Origin: a virus
Strand: one strand, 5' to 3'
Virus record (IMG/VR): IMGVR_UViG_3300047557_002158
Span: 4,045-68,044 of that record
DNA: 64,000 nt
A program made the position numbers and the translations under genes. Below, in pieces: positions 50,040 to 57,988 of this stretch. Within the stretch, counting starts at the first letter, position 1, and the number at the start of each line of letters is the position of its first letter. Below the pieces are notes generated by a model. The model did no database searches. It worked only from the letters and a program-made list of their open reading frames with translations, and was not told the DNA's origin.

Positions 50040-50228
50040 ATGATTTATGTCACAGACGCAAAAAACAAAAGTAAGATTGCAATCAACCCAGACCATGTAG
50101 TTTTAGTTGGTACTGTAGGTGATGGGGAATTTGCAAATAAAACGGTGATTGCACTTCCAAACGGACAAATTATTGTTGACGAAATTGATTATGAAGTTGT
50201 TGGATTAATCAATGGATACAAAAAATAA
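50040..50228 (+). CDS. Hypothetical protein
   Basis: ATG at 50040 after GGAG; IAINPDHVV motif. Confidence 0.65.
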   Translation: MIYVTDAKNKSKIAINPDHVVLVGTVGDGEFANKTVIALPNGQIIVDEIDYEVVGLINGYKK

Positions 50229-50568
50229 TTCTCGTAGAAACTTTGCAAAAAGCCTTGGTCTAGCCGGGCTTTTTGTCGCTGGTATTGCTGGTTATAAAGA
50301 AGTCAAAGAAAGAATTGTTTACAAACAAGATGAACTTCCTACTGTTGATTTGGAAAAACAACTTGAAGGTAAACCGGTTCTTCAACTGCAAGCAACATAT
50401 GGTGAAGAATTGCCGGAACAATTGCTTTCTAGTCAAAATGGAAAATATTATTATTTCTCAGGTCCGAAATATAAACCTGGCACAGAAAAAAATATTAAAG
50501 TAAATATTGTACCCGGTCCTGATGGTAAACTTTACGTCAAAGAGAATGACACCTGGCGTAAAATCTGA
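50212..50568 (+). CDS. Hypothetical protein with twin-arginine (Tat)-like N-terminus
   Basis: SRRNFAK followed by hydrophobic LGLAGLFVAGIAG. Confidence 0.65.
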   Translation: MDTKNNSRRNFAKSLGLAGLFVAGIAGYKEVKERIVYKQDELPTVDLEKQLEGKPVLQLQATYGEELPEQLLSSQNGKYYYFSGPKYKPGTEKNIKVNIVPGPDGKLYVKENDTWRKI

Positions 50569-50600
50569 TACAATGAATTTTTATATTATGGAGAATGTGA

Positions 50601-51533
50601 ATGTTAAACCATGTATTGTGGGTAGAAAAGTATCGCCCCCATAAAATTGAAGAATGTATTCTTAACGACACACTGAAGAAAACATTTCAGGAATTCGTAA
50701 ACAAAAAAGAAGTACCAAACTTATTGCTTGCTGGCACCGCAGGCGTTGGTAAAACAACCGTTGCTCGAGCAATGTGTGAAGAAATTGGTTGTGACTATAT
50801 CATGATCAATGGTTCTGATGACCGTGGTATTTCAACTATTCAGAATCAAGTTAAAAACTATGCCACCTCAATGAGTCTTTCTGGTGGCCGCAAAGTTGTG
50901 ATTCTAGATGAGGCAGATAATCTAACTGCCGATGCACAAAAAGCCTTGCGGGGAATGATGGAAGAAGTTTCCTTGAACTGTTCTTTCATCTTCACATGTA
51001 ACTTTAAAAACAAAATCCTGGACGCAATCCATTCGCGTTGTACTGTTGTTGACTTTAGACCAAATGGTTCTAAAGTAAAGATGGCCGCAGCCTTCTTCAA
51101 AAGAGTGGAATATATTCTCAAAGAAGAAAGTGTGGAATATGATAAAGAAGTTGTTGCGGGATTGATCACGAAACATTTTCCAGACAATCGCAGGATTCTA
51201 AATGAATTGCAAAGATATAGTGCCGGTGGTGTAATCGACAAAGGCATTCTTTCCGCTGTATCCGATATTCAACTCGGTGAATTGACAAAGGCACTTCAAA
51301 ATAAAGACTTTGCATCTGCTCGCAAATGGGTCATTAATAATTTGGATAATGATGCAGCCAGAATTTTCCGCAGTCTATATGACACATTGTATGAACACCT
51401 GAAACCCAATTCTGTTCCACAACTGGTATTGATTCTTGCAAAATACCAATATCAATCCGCTTTTGTTGCAGATCACGAAATCAATCTGATGGCTTGTTTG
51501 ACAGAAATCATGGTGGAGTGTGAGTTCAAATGA
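50601..51533 (+). CDS. gp44: Clamp loader large subunit gp44
   Basis: LWVEKYRP, GTAGVGKTT, ILDEAD, HSRC. Confidence 0.96.
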   Translation: MLNHVLWVEKYRPHKIEECILNDTLKKTFQEFVNKKEVPNLLLAGTAGVGKTTVARAMCEEIGCDYIMINGSDDRGISTIQNQVKNYATSMSLSGGRKVVILDEADNLTADAQKALRGMMEEVSLNCSFIFTCNFKNKILDAIHSRCTVVDFRPNGSKVKMAAAFFKRVEYILKEESVEYDKEVVAGLITKHFPDNRRILNELQRYSAGGVIDKGILSAVSDIQLGELTKALQNKDFASARKWVINNLDNDAARIFRSLYDTLYEHLKPNSVPQLVLILAKYQYQSAFVADHEINLMACLTEIMVECEFK

Positions 51534-51904
51534 CGCCGTTTGAATATGTGGACTTAATCCTTCATAAGAAAAAACAGGAAGAAAACCTAGACTTCAAGGA
51601 TTACGCACCTTTTATTGTCAATCGATCACTGTCATATCATGTGGATTGCATATTGTATGCACAAGAAATGAATCTTTATCCACAGCTGGATAAAGATATG
51701 CAATACCACTATCTTCTAAATAGTATCAGGCCTATGAAACGGAAGTTTGCTCCGTGGCAAAAGGCCGTCAAGGACAAAGATATAGAATGCGTTAAGGAGT
51801 TTTTTGGTTATTCAAATCGAAAAGCCTTGGAAGCACTCCGTATCCTTACTGATGATCAAATCGCTGAAATAAAAATAAAAACTGATAAAGGCGGAGTGAA
51901 ATGA
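51530..51904 (+). CDS. gp62: Clamp loader small subunit gp62
   Basis: YAPFIVNRSLS; FFGYSNRKALEALRIL. Confidence 0.93.
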   Translation: MTPFEYVDLILHKKKQEENLDFKDYAPFIVNRSLSYHVDCILYAQEMNLYPQLDKDMQYHYLLNSIRPMKRKFAPWQKAVKDKDIECVKEFFGYSNRKALEALRILTDDQIAEIKIKTDKGGVK

Positions 51905-52308
51905 TTGAAATAAAAAATTTAGTGGAAGTAAAATTAAATGAACAGGATGATTTTTTAAAGGTTCGTGAAACTCTAACACGGATTGGTGTCGCATCAAAAA
52001 AAGAAAAAACACTATATCAATCTTGTCATATTCTACATAAGCGCGGTCAATATTACGTGGTTCATTTCAAAGAATTGTTTGCATTGGACGGAAAGCCAAC
52101 AGACATAACAGATAATGATTTATCTAGAAGAAATGCAATCGTAAATTTATTGGAAGATTGGGGATTGGTTACTATTGTTGATAAGAAACAAACAGAAACT
52201 CCAACTCCTATTTTTCTTTCGCAGATTAAAATAATCTCACATAAAGACAAAAATGAATGGAAGCTAATTCCGAAATACCAAATTGGTAAAAAAGGAAATT
52301 CTGCTTGA
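51901..52308 (+). CDS. regA: Translational repressor RegA
   Basis: DDFLKVRETLTRIGVAS; LYQSCHILHKRG.YY.VHFKELF. Confidence 0.97.
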   Translation: MIEIKNLVEVKLNEQDDFLKVRETLTRIGVASKKEKTLYQSCHILHKRGQYYVVHFKELFALDGKPTDITDNDLSRRNAIVNLLEDWGLVTIVDKKQTETPTPIFLSQIKIISHKDKNEWKLIPKYQIGKKGNSA

Positions 52309-52334
52309 CAAATTCATATAAATAAAGATATAAT
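52305..52334 (+). promoter_or_regulatory. Nested early (TTGACA-18-TATAAT) and late (TATAAATA, 52317-52324) promoters
   Basis: Both consensus elements read directly. Confidence 0.75.
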
Positions 52335-52447
52335 CCTAGTCCCCTCGGGATGGGAGCAGCAATCGGTGAGGGCTGTATAATCCAGAAGCCGGCCAATGCC
52401 TTCGGGGTTGGTAAAATTCATTAACTCGCTTACTAAAGGAGAATCAA
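52335..52447 (+). ncRNA. Structured GC-rich leader of the small ORF-hsp20 operon
   Basis: GC-rich island with hairpins including CCAATGCC-TTCG-GGGTTGG. Confidence 0.45.
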
Positions 52448-52672
52448 ATGATTCACATGGTAGATACTTTCATCGACACCGTTCAAGGTGCGAAAACAAG
52501 TTTCGTTAATACATTTGTATACAACGAAGAACTTAAAAAACCCCTTCAATCTTATATTAATGCACAAACAACTTTTGCAAAAAAAGTTGCACAAGAAAGC
52601 TTTAGTTTTTTCACCGCTGTTGGTCTTGCTGCCAATGCATTCGATGTGAAAAAAGCTTTTTCTGTTAAATGA
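52448..52672 (+). CDS. Small amphipathic helical protein (possibly phasin-like)
   Basis: AAGGAG RBS; DTFIDTVQGAK.SFVNTFV...INAQT.FAK. Confidence 0.6.
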   Translation: MIHMVDTFIDTVQGAKTSFVNTFVYNEELKKPLQSYINAQTTFAKKVAQESFSFFTAVGLAANAFDVKKAFSVK

Positions 52673-52682
52673 GGAGGGAACT

Positions 52683-53117
52683 ATGACAAACATTAATTTA
52701 TTTGACTTTCATAAACTTGATCCTTTTGCTGTAGGTTTTGGTGATATGTTTAAAGAATTACAAGACATGTCCAAGAAATACGCAAACACTTATCCTCCTT
52801 ACAACATCAAACAAGTAAAAGAAAACAAATACCTGATTGAAGTTGCTGTTGCAGGATTCGGAAAATCGGATATTGAAGTTACACTTGAAGGTAACAAATT
52901 GATCATTAAAGGAAATTCCGGTAAATCAGAATCCGAAGGCGATGTATTCCTACACAAAGGAATTGCTAATCGAAACTTTACTCACGAATTTAAATTGGCA
53001 GATAAGATTGAGATTAAAGAAGCCGAATTGGTAAATGGTATGTTGAAAATTTGGCTTGAGAATATGGTAAAAGCTCAAGATTTTGTCAAGAAAATTTCGT
53101 TGAAGGAACAAGTTTAA
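52683..53117 (+). CDS. hsp20: Small heat shock protein Hsp20 (IbpA-like)
   Basis: YPPYNI, IEVAVAGF, LHKGIANRNF, A.LVNGML.I. Confidence 0.95.
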   Translation: MTNINLFDFHKLDPFAVGFGDMFKELQDMSKKYANTYPPYNIKQVKENKYLIEVAVAGFGKSDIEVTLEGNKLIIKGNSGKSESEGDVFLHKGIANRNFTHEFKLADKIEIKEAELVNGMLKIWLENMVKAQDFVKKISLKEQV

Positions 53118-53124
53118 ATTCCCA

Positions 53125-53162
53125 GAGGGGTTCTTGACAGAGCCCCTTTCTTTTGATATAAT
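53125..53162 (+). terminator. Terminator hairpin overlapping a sigma70 promoter
   Basis: GGGGTTCT...AGAGCCCC plus T run; TTGACA (53134-39) in the loop, 17 bp, TG-n-TATAAT (53157-62). Confidence 0.8.
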
Positions 53163-53171
53163 TCATTTATT

Positions 53172-53369
53172 ATGAAAACTTTAAACAAACCAATTTACAA
53201 AAAAGTGCGTACACGAACCAATGGTGAAGTGTACTATACCAATCAAGTTTGGCCACCAAAAGAAATTGATGGCGTAATGTTTTTGCCTGTGGTAAAAGAT
53301 GTGCCATCAACGGAGAAAAAACAAAATTTACATTATGTTCGTAAAGATAGTTTGGAGTTCGTGAAGTGA
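53172..53369 (+). CDS. Hypothetical protein
   Basis: 65-aa ORF right after a consensus promoter. Confidence 0.65.
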   Translation: MKTLNKPIYKKVRTRTNGEVYYTNQVWPPKEIDGVMFLPVVKDVPSTEKKQNLHYVRKDSLEFVK

Positions 53370-53569
53370 TTTTAAATGATATCAGTAAAAATGCTTTGTT
53401 GAGCCGTGAATATTTTGATCCAAAAAATAATGATCATTTAGACATAGCCAGAAAATTTTTCACTACAAATAAATGGGAAAACACTTGCCCCTTTTTCTTG
53501 GAATGGCCATACATTACTGTTCCTGATATGATTAAAGATAAAATTACCAGATATTTTTTGTTTGAATAA
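53366..53569 (+). CDS. Hypothetical protein
   Basis: GTGA overlap, GGAG RBS; W...CPFFLEWPY. Confidence 0.7.
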   Translation: MILNDISKNALLSREYFDPKNNDHLDIARKFFTTNKWENTCPFFLEWPYITVPDMIKDKITRYFLFE

Positions 53570-53586
53570 CTATAAAAAGGAAAAAC

Positions 53587-54036
53587 ATGTCAGTTACTTT
53601 AAAGAACCTAGAGAGTGCATTGGCTGGTGAGTCAATGGCACACATCAAATATCGTTATTTTGCGAAGATTGCTCGTGAAGAAGGATTCGAAGATGTTGCA
53701 AAACACTTTGAACATACCGCTGATCAAGAAATTAAACATGCATGGGGTCATTTGGAATTGTTGATTGGTAAACCAACAACAAAAGAATGCCTCGAAAAAG
53801 CAATTGCTGGTGAGACTTATGAATACACTGAAATGTATCCACAATTCGAAGCCATTGCTATTCGTGAAGGTGAATTACAAGCAGCTAAAGAAGCACAAGA
53901 ACAAACACAGGAGTCAAAACTTCATGCAGAACAGTTTAAAAAAGTCCTTGCATTGGCTGAGAAGCGTTTCACTGCTCTTAAAAAAGTGGAAGAAAGACAC
54001 GCCAATGCTTACAAAGATGTATTAAGGAGTCTATAA
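53587..54036 (+). CDS. Rubrerythrin (ferritin-like di-iron domain only)
   Basis: NLESALAGES.AH.KY.YFA..AREEG; E..H motifs; GETYEY..MYP. Confidence 0.93.
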   Translation: MSVTLKNLESALAGESMAHIKYRYFAKIAREEGFEDVAKHFEHTADQEIKHAWGHLELLIGKPTTKECLEKAIAGETYEYTEMYPQFEAIAIREGELQAAKEAQEQTQESKLHAEQFKKVLALAEKRFTALKKVEERHANAYKDVLRSL

Positions 54037-54173
54037 TGTCCGAAAAAGTTTACGTTTGTATAGTTTGTGGACATGTTCACGATGAGGAAACTGAAGGTGT
54101 TTGGGAAAATCTACCTGAAGATTTCACTTGTCCTGAATGTGGTGTTGGAAAAAATGAATACGAAACTATTTAA
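54036..54173 (+). CDS. Rubredoxin (45 aa, missing from the ORF track)
   Basis: MSEKVYVCIVCGHVHDE...WENLPEDFTCPECGVGKNEY; AAGGAG RBS; TAATG coupling to rubrerythrin. Confidence 0.93.
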   Translation: MSEKVYVCIVCGHVHDEETEGVWENLPEDFTCPECGVGKNEYETI

Positions 54174-54664
54174 GATTTCGTTAAAAACTGCCACCCAATT
54201 TTGAAACCAATGTAGAGAAAAAATACAACCATGAGAAAAATTGCACCAGCTAAAAAATCTTCTGCCATTTTTTCTCTACGTTTTGCTACTTGTTTTATTC
54301 TTTCTAGTTCAGCAGCGTTACGCTCTTTGATTAGGCGTGTTCGTTCACGCAGCATGTCTTCCCAAACATCTGCGTTGCCACTATAAATTAATAGTTCTTT
54401 GAGTTCTTTTTCGGCATCCCTCAGTCTTTTCGAATTCATTGCAATTTCTAAAGCAACAGCACTTAATTCACTATCACTTTTACCGACATTATCACCTTTT
54501 AATTTTACTGAAGCAGTATGTACTTTGTCGGATGAATTGAAAAACTTTACAAACTCACCAGTTAAAGAATTGATATCTTTACCTAGAGCTATAGCCTTTT
54601 TAATATTGTTAACTGAAGATTGAGCCACACTAAAAGCGATGCCGATTGTTACAGGATCAATCAT
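54170..54664 (-). CDS. Hypothetical protein with C-terminal transmembrane helix
   Basis: MIDPVTIG N-terminus, coiled coil, hydrophobic C-terminus; minus-strand late promoter CCTAAATA at 54670-54677. Confidence 0.75.
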   Translation of the reverse strand: MIDPVTIGIAFSVAQSSVNNIKKAIALGKDINSLTGEFVKFFNSSDKVHTASVKLKGDNVGKSDSELSAVALEIAMNSKRLRDAEKELKELLIYSGNADVWEDMLRERTRLIKERNAAELERIKQVAKRREKMAEDFLAGAIFLMVVFFLYIGFKIGWQFLTKS

Positions 54665-54684
54665 ATAATTATTTAGGATGTGAA

Positions 54685-55128
54685 ATGAAAGAAAAGTTTA
54701 TTGGTGCATACATGAAAACGGCTGAGGTATTTGCTGAATTATCCTCGGCTCGTAGGCTTCATGTTGGTGCTATCGTGGTCAAAGATGATCGTATCATCTC
54801 TATTGGTTACAATGGTATGCCTTCTGGATGGGATAATAATTGTGAAGATGTAGTCATACCGACCTTACCTTATCTACAAGGTGATGAACCTACTTTGAAA
54901 ACTAAACCTGAGGTGCTTCATGCTGAAACAAATGCAATTGCAAAGTTGGCTAAAAATGGCGATTCTTCTAATGGTGCCGTATTGTTTGTTACTCATGCTC
55001 CTTGTCTGGATTGTGCCAAACTTGTTTATCAAAGCGGCATCAATTCTGTGTATTATCGCAATGCTTACCGTGATGAAAGTGGTATACGATTCTTGGAAAA
55101 GGCAGGAGTCTCGGTGAACAAAGTATAA
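54685..55128 (+). CDS. cd: dCMP deaminase
   Basis: IGYNG, HAETNAI, PCLDC zinc motifs. Confidence 0.93.
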   Translation: MKEKFIGAYMKTAEVFAELSSARRLHVGAIVVKDDRIISIGYNGMPSGWDNNCEDVVIPTLPYLQGDEPTLKTKPEVLHAETNAIAKLAKNGDSSNGAVLFVTHAPCLDCAKLVYQSGINSVYYRNAYRDESGIRFLEKAGVSVNKV

Positions 55129-55202
55129 TTTCATAATGTAAAAAAATAAATTATTGATTGATTCTAAATAAGTTTGGAGTAGTTTGCAAACAGGAGACAA
55201 AG

Positions 55203-55706
55203 ATGCGAATAAAAATAGCGAATTGTCCAGATAAAGACTTCAAACCTTTTGTTGAAAGGGCTGCTCTATTTTTTGCAAAAGAATTGATATCAAATACAAA
55301 AATAAGAAATAATTGCGTAACCAAAATTCGATTCGATGCCAAACTAAAAGAGTATGGTTACGCAAGTGTTGAAGATTACAATACGAAAAAAGAACCTAGA
55401 AGTTTTTTGATTGAAGTTCATCCTGGAATAGGACCAAGAAAGATACTAGCTACAATAGCTCATGAGATGGTACACATCAAACAATTCATCTATAAAGAAA
55501 CAGATGATAATTTGTTGTCTTGGAAAGGAAAAACAATCAGTTCAGATGTAGATTATTGGGATCAACCTTGGGAAATAGATGCACATGGTCGTGAAGTTGG
55601 TTTGTTAACCAAATTTGCAATTGGTGAAGTTTTATGGGAAGTGTTTGATGAGTTTAAAAATCCTAACTTACCTATTGTATCTGTTCCAATTAAATGGAAA
55701 AAATAA
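55203..55706 (+). CDS. Putative zinc metallopeptidase
   Basis: TIAHEMVHIKQ (HExxH), PWEIDA; CAGGAG RBS. Confidence 0.75.
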   Translation: MRIKIANCPDKDFKPFVERAALFFAKELISNTKIRNNCVTKIRFDAKLKEYGYASVEDYNTKKEPRSFLIEVHPGIGPRKILATIAHEMVHIKQFIYKETDDNLLSWKGKTISSDVDYWDQPWEIDAHGREVGLLTKFAIGEVLWEVFDEFKNPNLPIVSVPIKWKK

Positions 55707-55735
55707 TTGACAAAACGCCTATATACCTTTATAAT
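55707..55735 (+). promoter_or_regulatory. Sigma70 consensus promoter
   Basis: TTGACA-17-TATAAT. Confidence 0.85.
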
Positions 55736-55756
55736 TTAATTTTTTGGAGAAATTCT

Positions 55757-55864
55757 GTGTTGCACATATCGAAGCCCGTTCTATTAACATGCGAGTATCG
55801 CACACCATTTATTGGTAGCGATAATCAGTCATGGGTGAGCGGAAAAGGGGTATGTGGAACCTGA
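55757..55864 (+). CDS. Putative 35-aa peptide (not in ORF track)
   Basis: GGAG RBS then GTG; MLHISKPVLLTCEYRTPFIGSDNQSWVSGKGVCGT; lies between promoter and terminator. Confidence 0.45.
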   Translation: MLHISKPVLLTCEYRTPFIGSDNQSWVSGKGVCGT

Positions 55865-55894
55865 TAGAATCTAAAAGTAAATAAAAAGTTTCAC

Positions 55895-55926
55895 AAACCC
55901 CAGACCTAAAAAATCTGGGGTTTTTT
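55895..55926 (+). terminator. Rho-independent terminator
   Basis: AAACCCCAGA...TCTGGGGTTT plus T run. Confidence 0.85.
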
Positions 55927-56010
55927 GTTGTAATCTTACAACGTGTGTATTGACAAAGAAAAAATTTCTGATATAATACGCAACTGTTCTTTAAAAAGTT
56001 AAGTGTAATT
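55927..56010 (+). promoter_or_regulatory. tRNA array promoter 1: palindrome, sigma70 promoter, boxA-like block
   Basis: GTTGTAATCTTACAAC; TTGACA-16-TATAAT; TGTTCTTTAAAAAGTTAAGTGTAATT. Confidence 0.8.
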
Positions 56011-56012
56011 AA

Positions 56013-56086
56013 TCCCGGATTGTGTAGTGGTAGCACAGCAGACTTTGACTCTGTTAGTATAAGTTCGATTCTTATTCCGGGTGCCA
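56013..56086 (+). tRNA. trnQ: tRNA-Gln(TTG)
   Basis: GCAGA-CTTTGAC-TCTGT anticodon arm, GTTCGA, CCA. Confidence 0.92.
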
Positions 56087-56180
56087 TATTAAAGCATGTT
56101 ATAGTGACGCATGAGCAGGTCATTAACTTCCGCTGGTTACGTCAATCGTAAGTGGGTGAAGGTAATATGCTTTAATATGG
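56084..56180 (+). ncRNA. Stem-closed structured RNA element A
   Basis: 18-bp terminal inverted repeat 56084-56101/56163-56180 (one G-U). Confidence 0.55.
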
Positions 56181-56199
56181 TAATATAAGGAGATGTACA

Positions 56200-56658
56200 A
56201 TGAAAAAAATTGTATTGTCTATATTATTGTGTATGCCATTGTTTGCAAATGCATGTAAAGGTTATGTAATAGGTTTTAAAGGTTTGAATGAATCTTTTAA
56301 TTCTGTTGCGTTTCAAAAATACGCGGATCGTTTAGGTTATTGTGGTAAATCTTTTTCCTGGTTTCAAGATAAAGAAGCATTACAGTACATTCAAACACTA
56401 AAGAAACCATATCGCCTTTATGGTTTTAGTAGAGGCGCACAGACAGTTTCGGATGTGTTAAAACAAACGAAAACAAAACCTGAATATGTTTTAACAATCG
56501 GTGCATACAAAACAACAAATGTAAATTTTGATAAACATCGTGTTCGTTATGATAACTTCTTTGATCAATCTGGTGTTGGTCAGAAAAGTCCAGGAGTATT
56601 TTTCAATGTATCTCATGCGGATATAGAAAAAGAAGTAAGTGAATTTTTGATAGAATAA
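56200..56658 (+). CDS. Secreted small alpha/beta-hydrolase-like protein
   Basis: Signal peptide MKKIVLSILLCMPLFANA; GFSRG nucleophile elbow. Confidence 0.65.
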   Translation: MKKIVLSILLCMPLFANACKGYVIGFKGLNESFNSVAFQKYADRLGYCGKSFSWFQDKEALQYIQTLKKPYRLYGFSRGAQTVSDVLKQTKTKPEYVLTIGAYKTTNVNFDKHRVRYDNFFDQSGVGQKSPGVFFNVSHADIEKEVSEFLIE

Positions 56659-56659
56659 T

Positions 56660-56751
56660 GGAAGCGTGCCAGAGCCCGGTTTATTGGAACAGTCTTGAAA
56701 ACTGTCGTGTCAGAAATGGCACCGTGAGTTCGAATCTCACCGCTTCCACCA
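56660..56751 (+). tRNA. trnS: tRNA-Ser(TGA)
   Basis: ACAGT-CTTGAAA-ACTGT, long variable arm, CCA. Confidence 0.93.
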
Positions 56752-56767
56752 ATTTTAGGAGTTTAAA

Positions 56768-57343
56768 ATGCCAGCAGTGTTTCTTGTAAGTGACACACAC
56801 TTTGGTCATGCTGGTGTGTGCCGGTTTCTTCGTGAAGATGGAACAAAACTTAGGCCATGGGATTCACCAGAAGAAATGGATGAAGCAATGGTTAAAATGT
56901 GGAACGAAACAGTTCGTCCAAATGATAAAGTTTACCATCTTGGCGATGTTGTGATCAATCGTAAAGCTCTAAGTATTTTACATAGGCTTAACGGTGATAA
57001 AATTCTGATTCGTGGCAATCATGATATCTTTAAACTTGAGGATTATACTCGACACTTTAGAGATATTCGTGGTTACCATGTGATGAACGGGATGATTCTT
57101 TCACACATCCCTGTCCATGAAGAAAGCCTTGGAAGGTTTGGTACAAACATTCACGGTCATTTACACGCTAATCGTGTCATGAAAGTGGACGAGTATGGCA
57201 CTTCATGGATTGATCCACGTTACCATTGTATTTGCGTTGAGCAAACTGATTTCCGCCCTATATTGTTTGAAGATGTGTTGAAGCGTATCAGAGAAGAAGG
57301 TGGTGGTATCGGTTTCCGTAATGGTAACGGTCCAGCAATGTGA
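56768..57343 (+). CDS. Calcineurin-like metallophosphoesterase
   Basis: SDTHFGH, HLGD, GNHD, HGHLH. Confidence 0.92.
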   Translation: MPAVFLVSDTHFGHAGVCRFLREDGTKLRPWDSPEEMDEAMVKMWNETVRPNDKVYHLGDVVINRKALSILHRLNGDKILIRGNHDIFKLEDYTRHFRDIRGYHVMNGMILSHIPVHEESLGRFGTNIHGHLHANRVMKVDEYGTSWIDPRYHCICVEQTDFRPILFEDVLKRIREEGGGIGFRNGNGPAM

Positions 57344-57347
57344 AAGA

Positions 57348-57439
57348 GGTGAGGTGCCTGAGAGGCCTAAAGGAGCGGTTTGCTAAACCGTCGATTCACG
57401 AAAGTGGGTCCGTGGGTTCGAATCCCACCCTCACCACCA
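57348..57439 (+). tRNA. trnS: tRNA-Ser(GCT)
   Basis: GCGGT-TTGCTAA-ACCGT, long variable arm, CCA. Confidence 0.93.
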
Positions 57440-57459
57440 TTTATTTTGAAAGGTAAATT

Positions 57460-57648
57460 ATGCGAGTTAAAACTGATAAAAATTTTAAGATGGCTAAAAC
57501 GACCAAACGGTTGTTGACACTTCTTCCTTTTAAGGATGAAGAACAGCGTACAGCATTTAAACATGCTATGATTGATGCACAAGTTTTGGGCAACATTGTT
57601 CCAAAAACTGTAAAAGATAAAAACTTGAGGGAAGTTGAAGCTGATTAA
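57460..57648 (+). CDS. Hypothetical basic protein
   Basis: 62 aa, AAGGT RBS, fills the gap between tRNAs. Confidence 0.65.
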   Translation: MRVKTDKNFKMAKTTKRLLTLLPFKDEEQRTAFKHAMIDAQVLGNIVPKTVKDKNLREVEAD

Positions 57649-57738
57649 CCCGCCGTAGCTCAGGGAGAGCAGGGGGTCTTATAAGCCCTTAATCTAGATA
57701 AGGTCCAGGATGTGGTTCGACTCCACACGGCGGGACCA
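57649..57738 (+). tRNA. trnI: tRNA-Ile(TAT) with long variable region
   Basis: CCCGCCG/CGGCGGG acceptor, CTTATAA loop, about 21-nt variable region, CCA. Confidence 0.8.
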
Positions 57739-57740
57739 AT

Positions 57741-57818
57741 GTGGGTGTGGCGGAGTGGTCCAACGCAACAGTCTGCAAAACTGTAAAGCCGTCAGTTCAA
57801 ATCTGACCACCCACTCCA
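57741..57818 (+). tRNA. trnC: tRNA-Cys(GCA)
   Basis: ACAGT-CTGCAAA-ACTGT, U73, CCA. Confidence 0.92.
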
Positions 57819-57824
57819 AATATT

Positions 57825-57908
57825 GTTGTTGTTCTACAACACACTGGTTGACAAAAATACCAGTTCGTGTAGAATACAATCTTGTTCTTTAAAAAGTTAA
57901 GTGTAATT
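57825..57908 (+). promoter_or_regulatory. tRNA array promoter 2: palindrome, sigma70 promoter, boxA-like block
   Basis: GTTGTTGTTCTACAAC; TTGACA-16-TAGAAT; identical 26-nt TGTTCTTTAAAAAGTTAAGTGTAATT. Confidence 0.8.
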
Positions 57909-57912
57909 TTGT

Positions 57913-57988
57913 GGACCTATCGTCTAACGGTTAGGACGCTGCCCTTTCAAGGCGGAAACGTGGGGTTCGATTCCCCCTAGGTCTACCA
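57913..57988 (+). tRNA. trnE: tRNA-Glu(TTC)
   Basis: CTGCC-CTTTCAA-GGCGG, CCA. Confidence 0.92.

Noticed and set aside
56660-56751. Selenocysteine or stop-suppressor tRNA / recoded genome
   Set aside because: Anticodon TGA reads UCA (Ser). No CTA, TTA or TCA anticodons were found, and core genes are intact in the standard code
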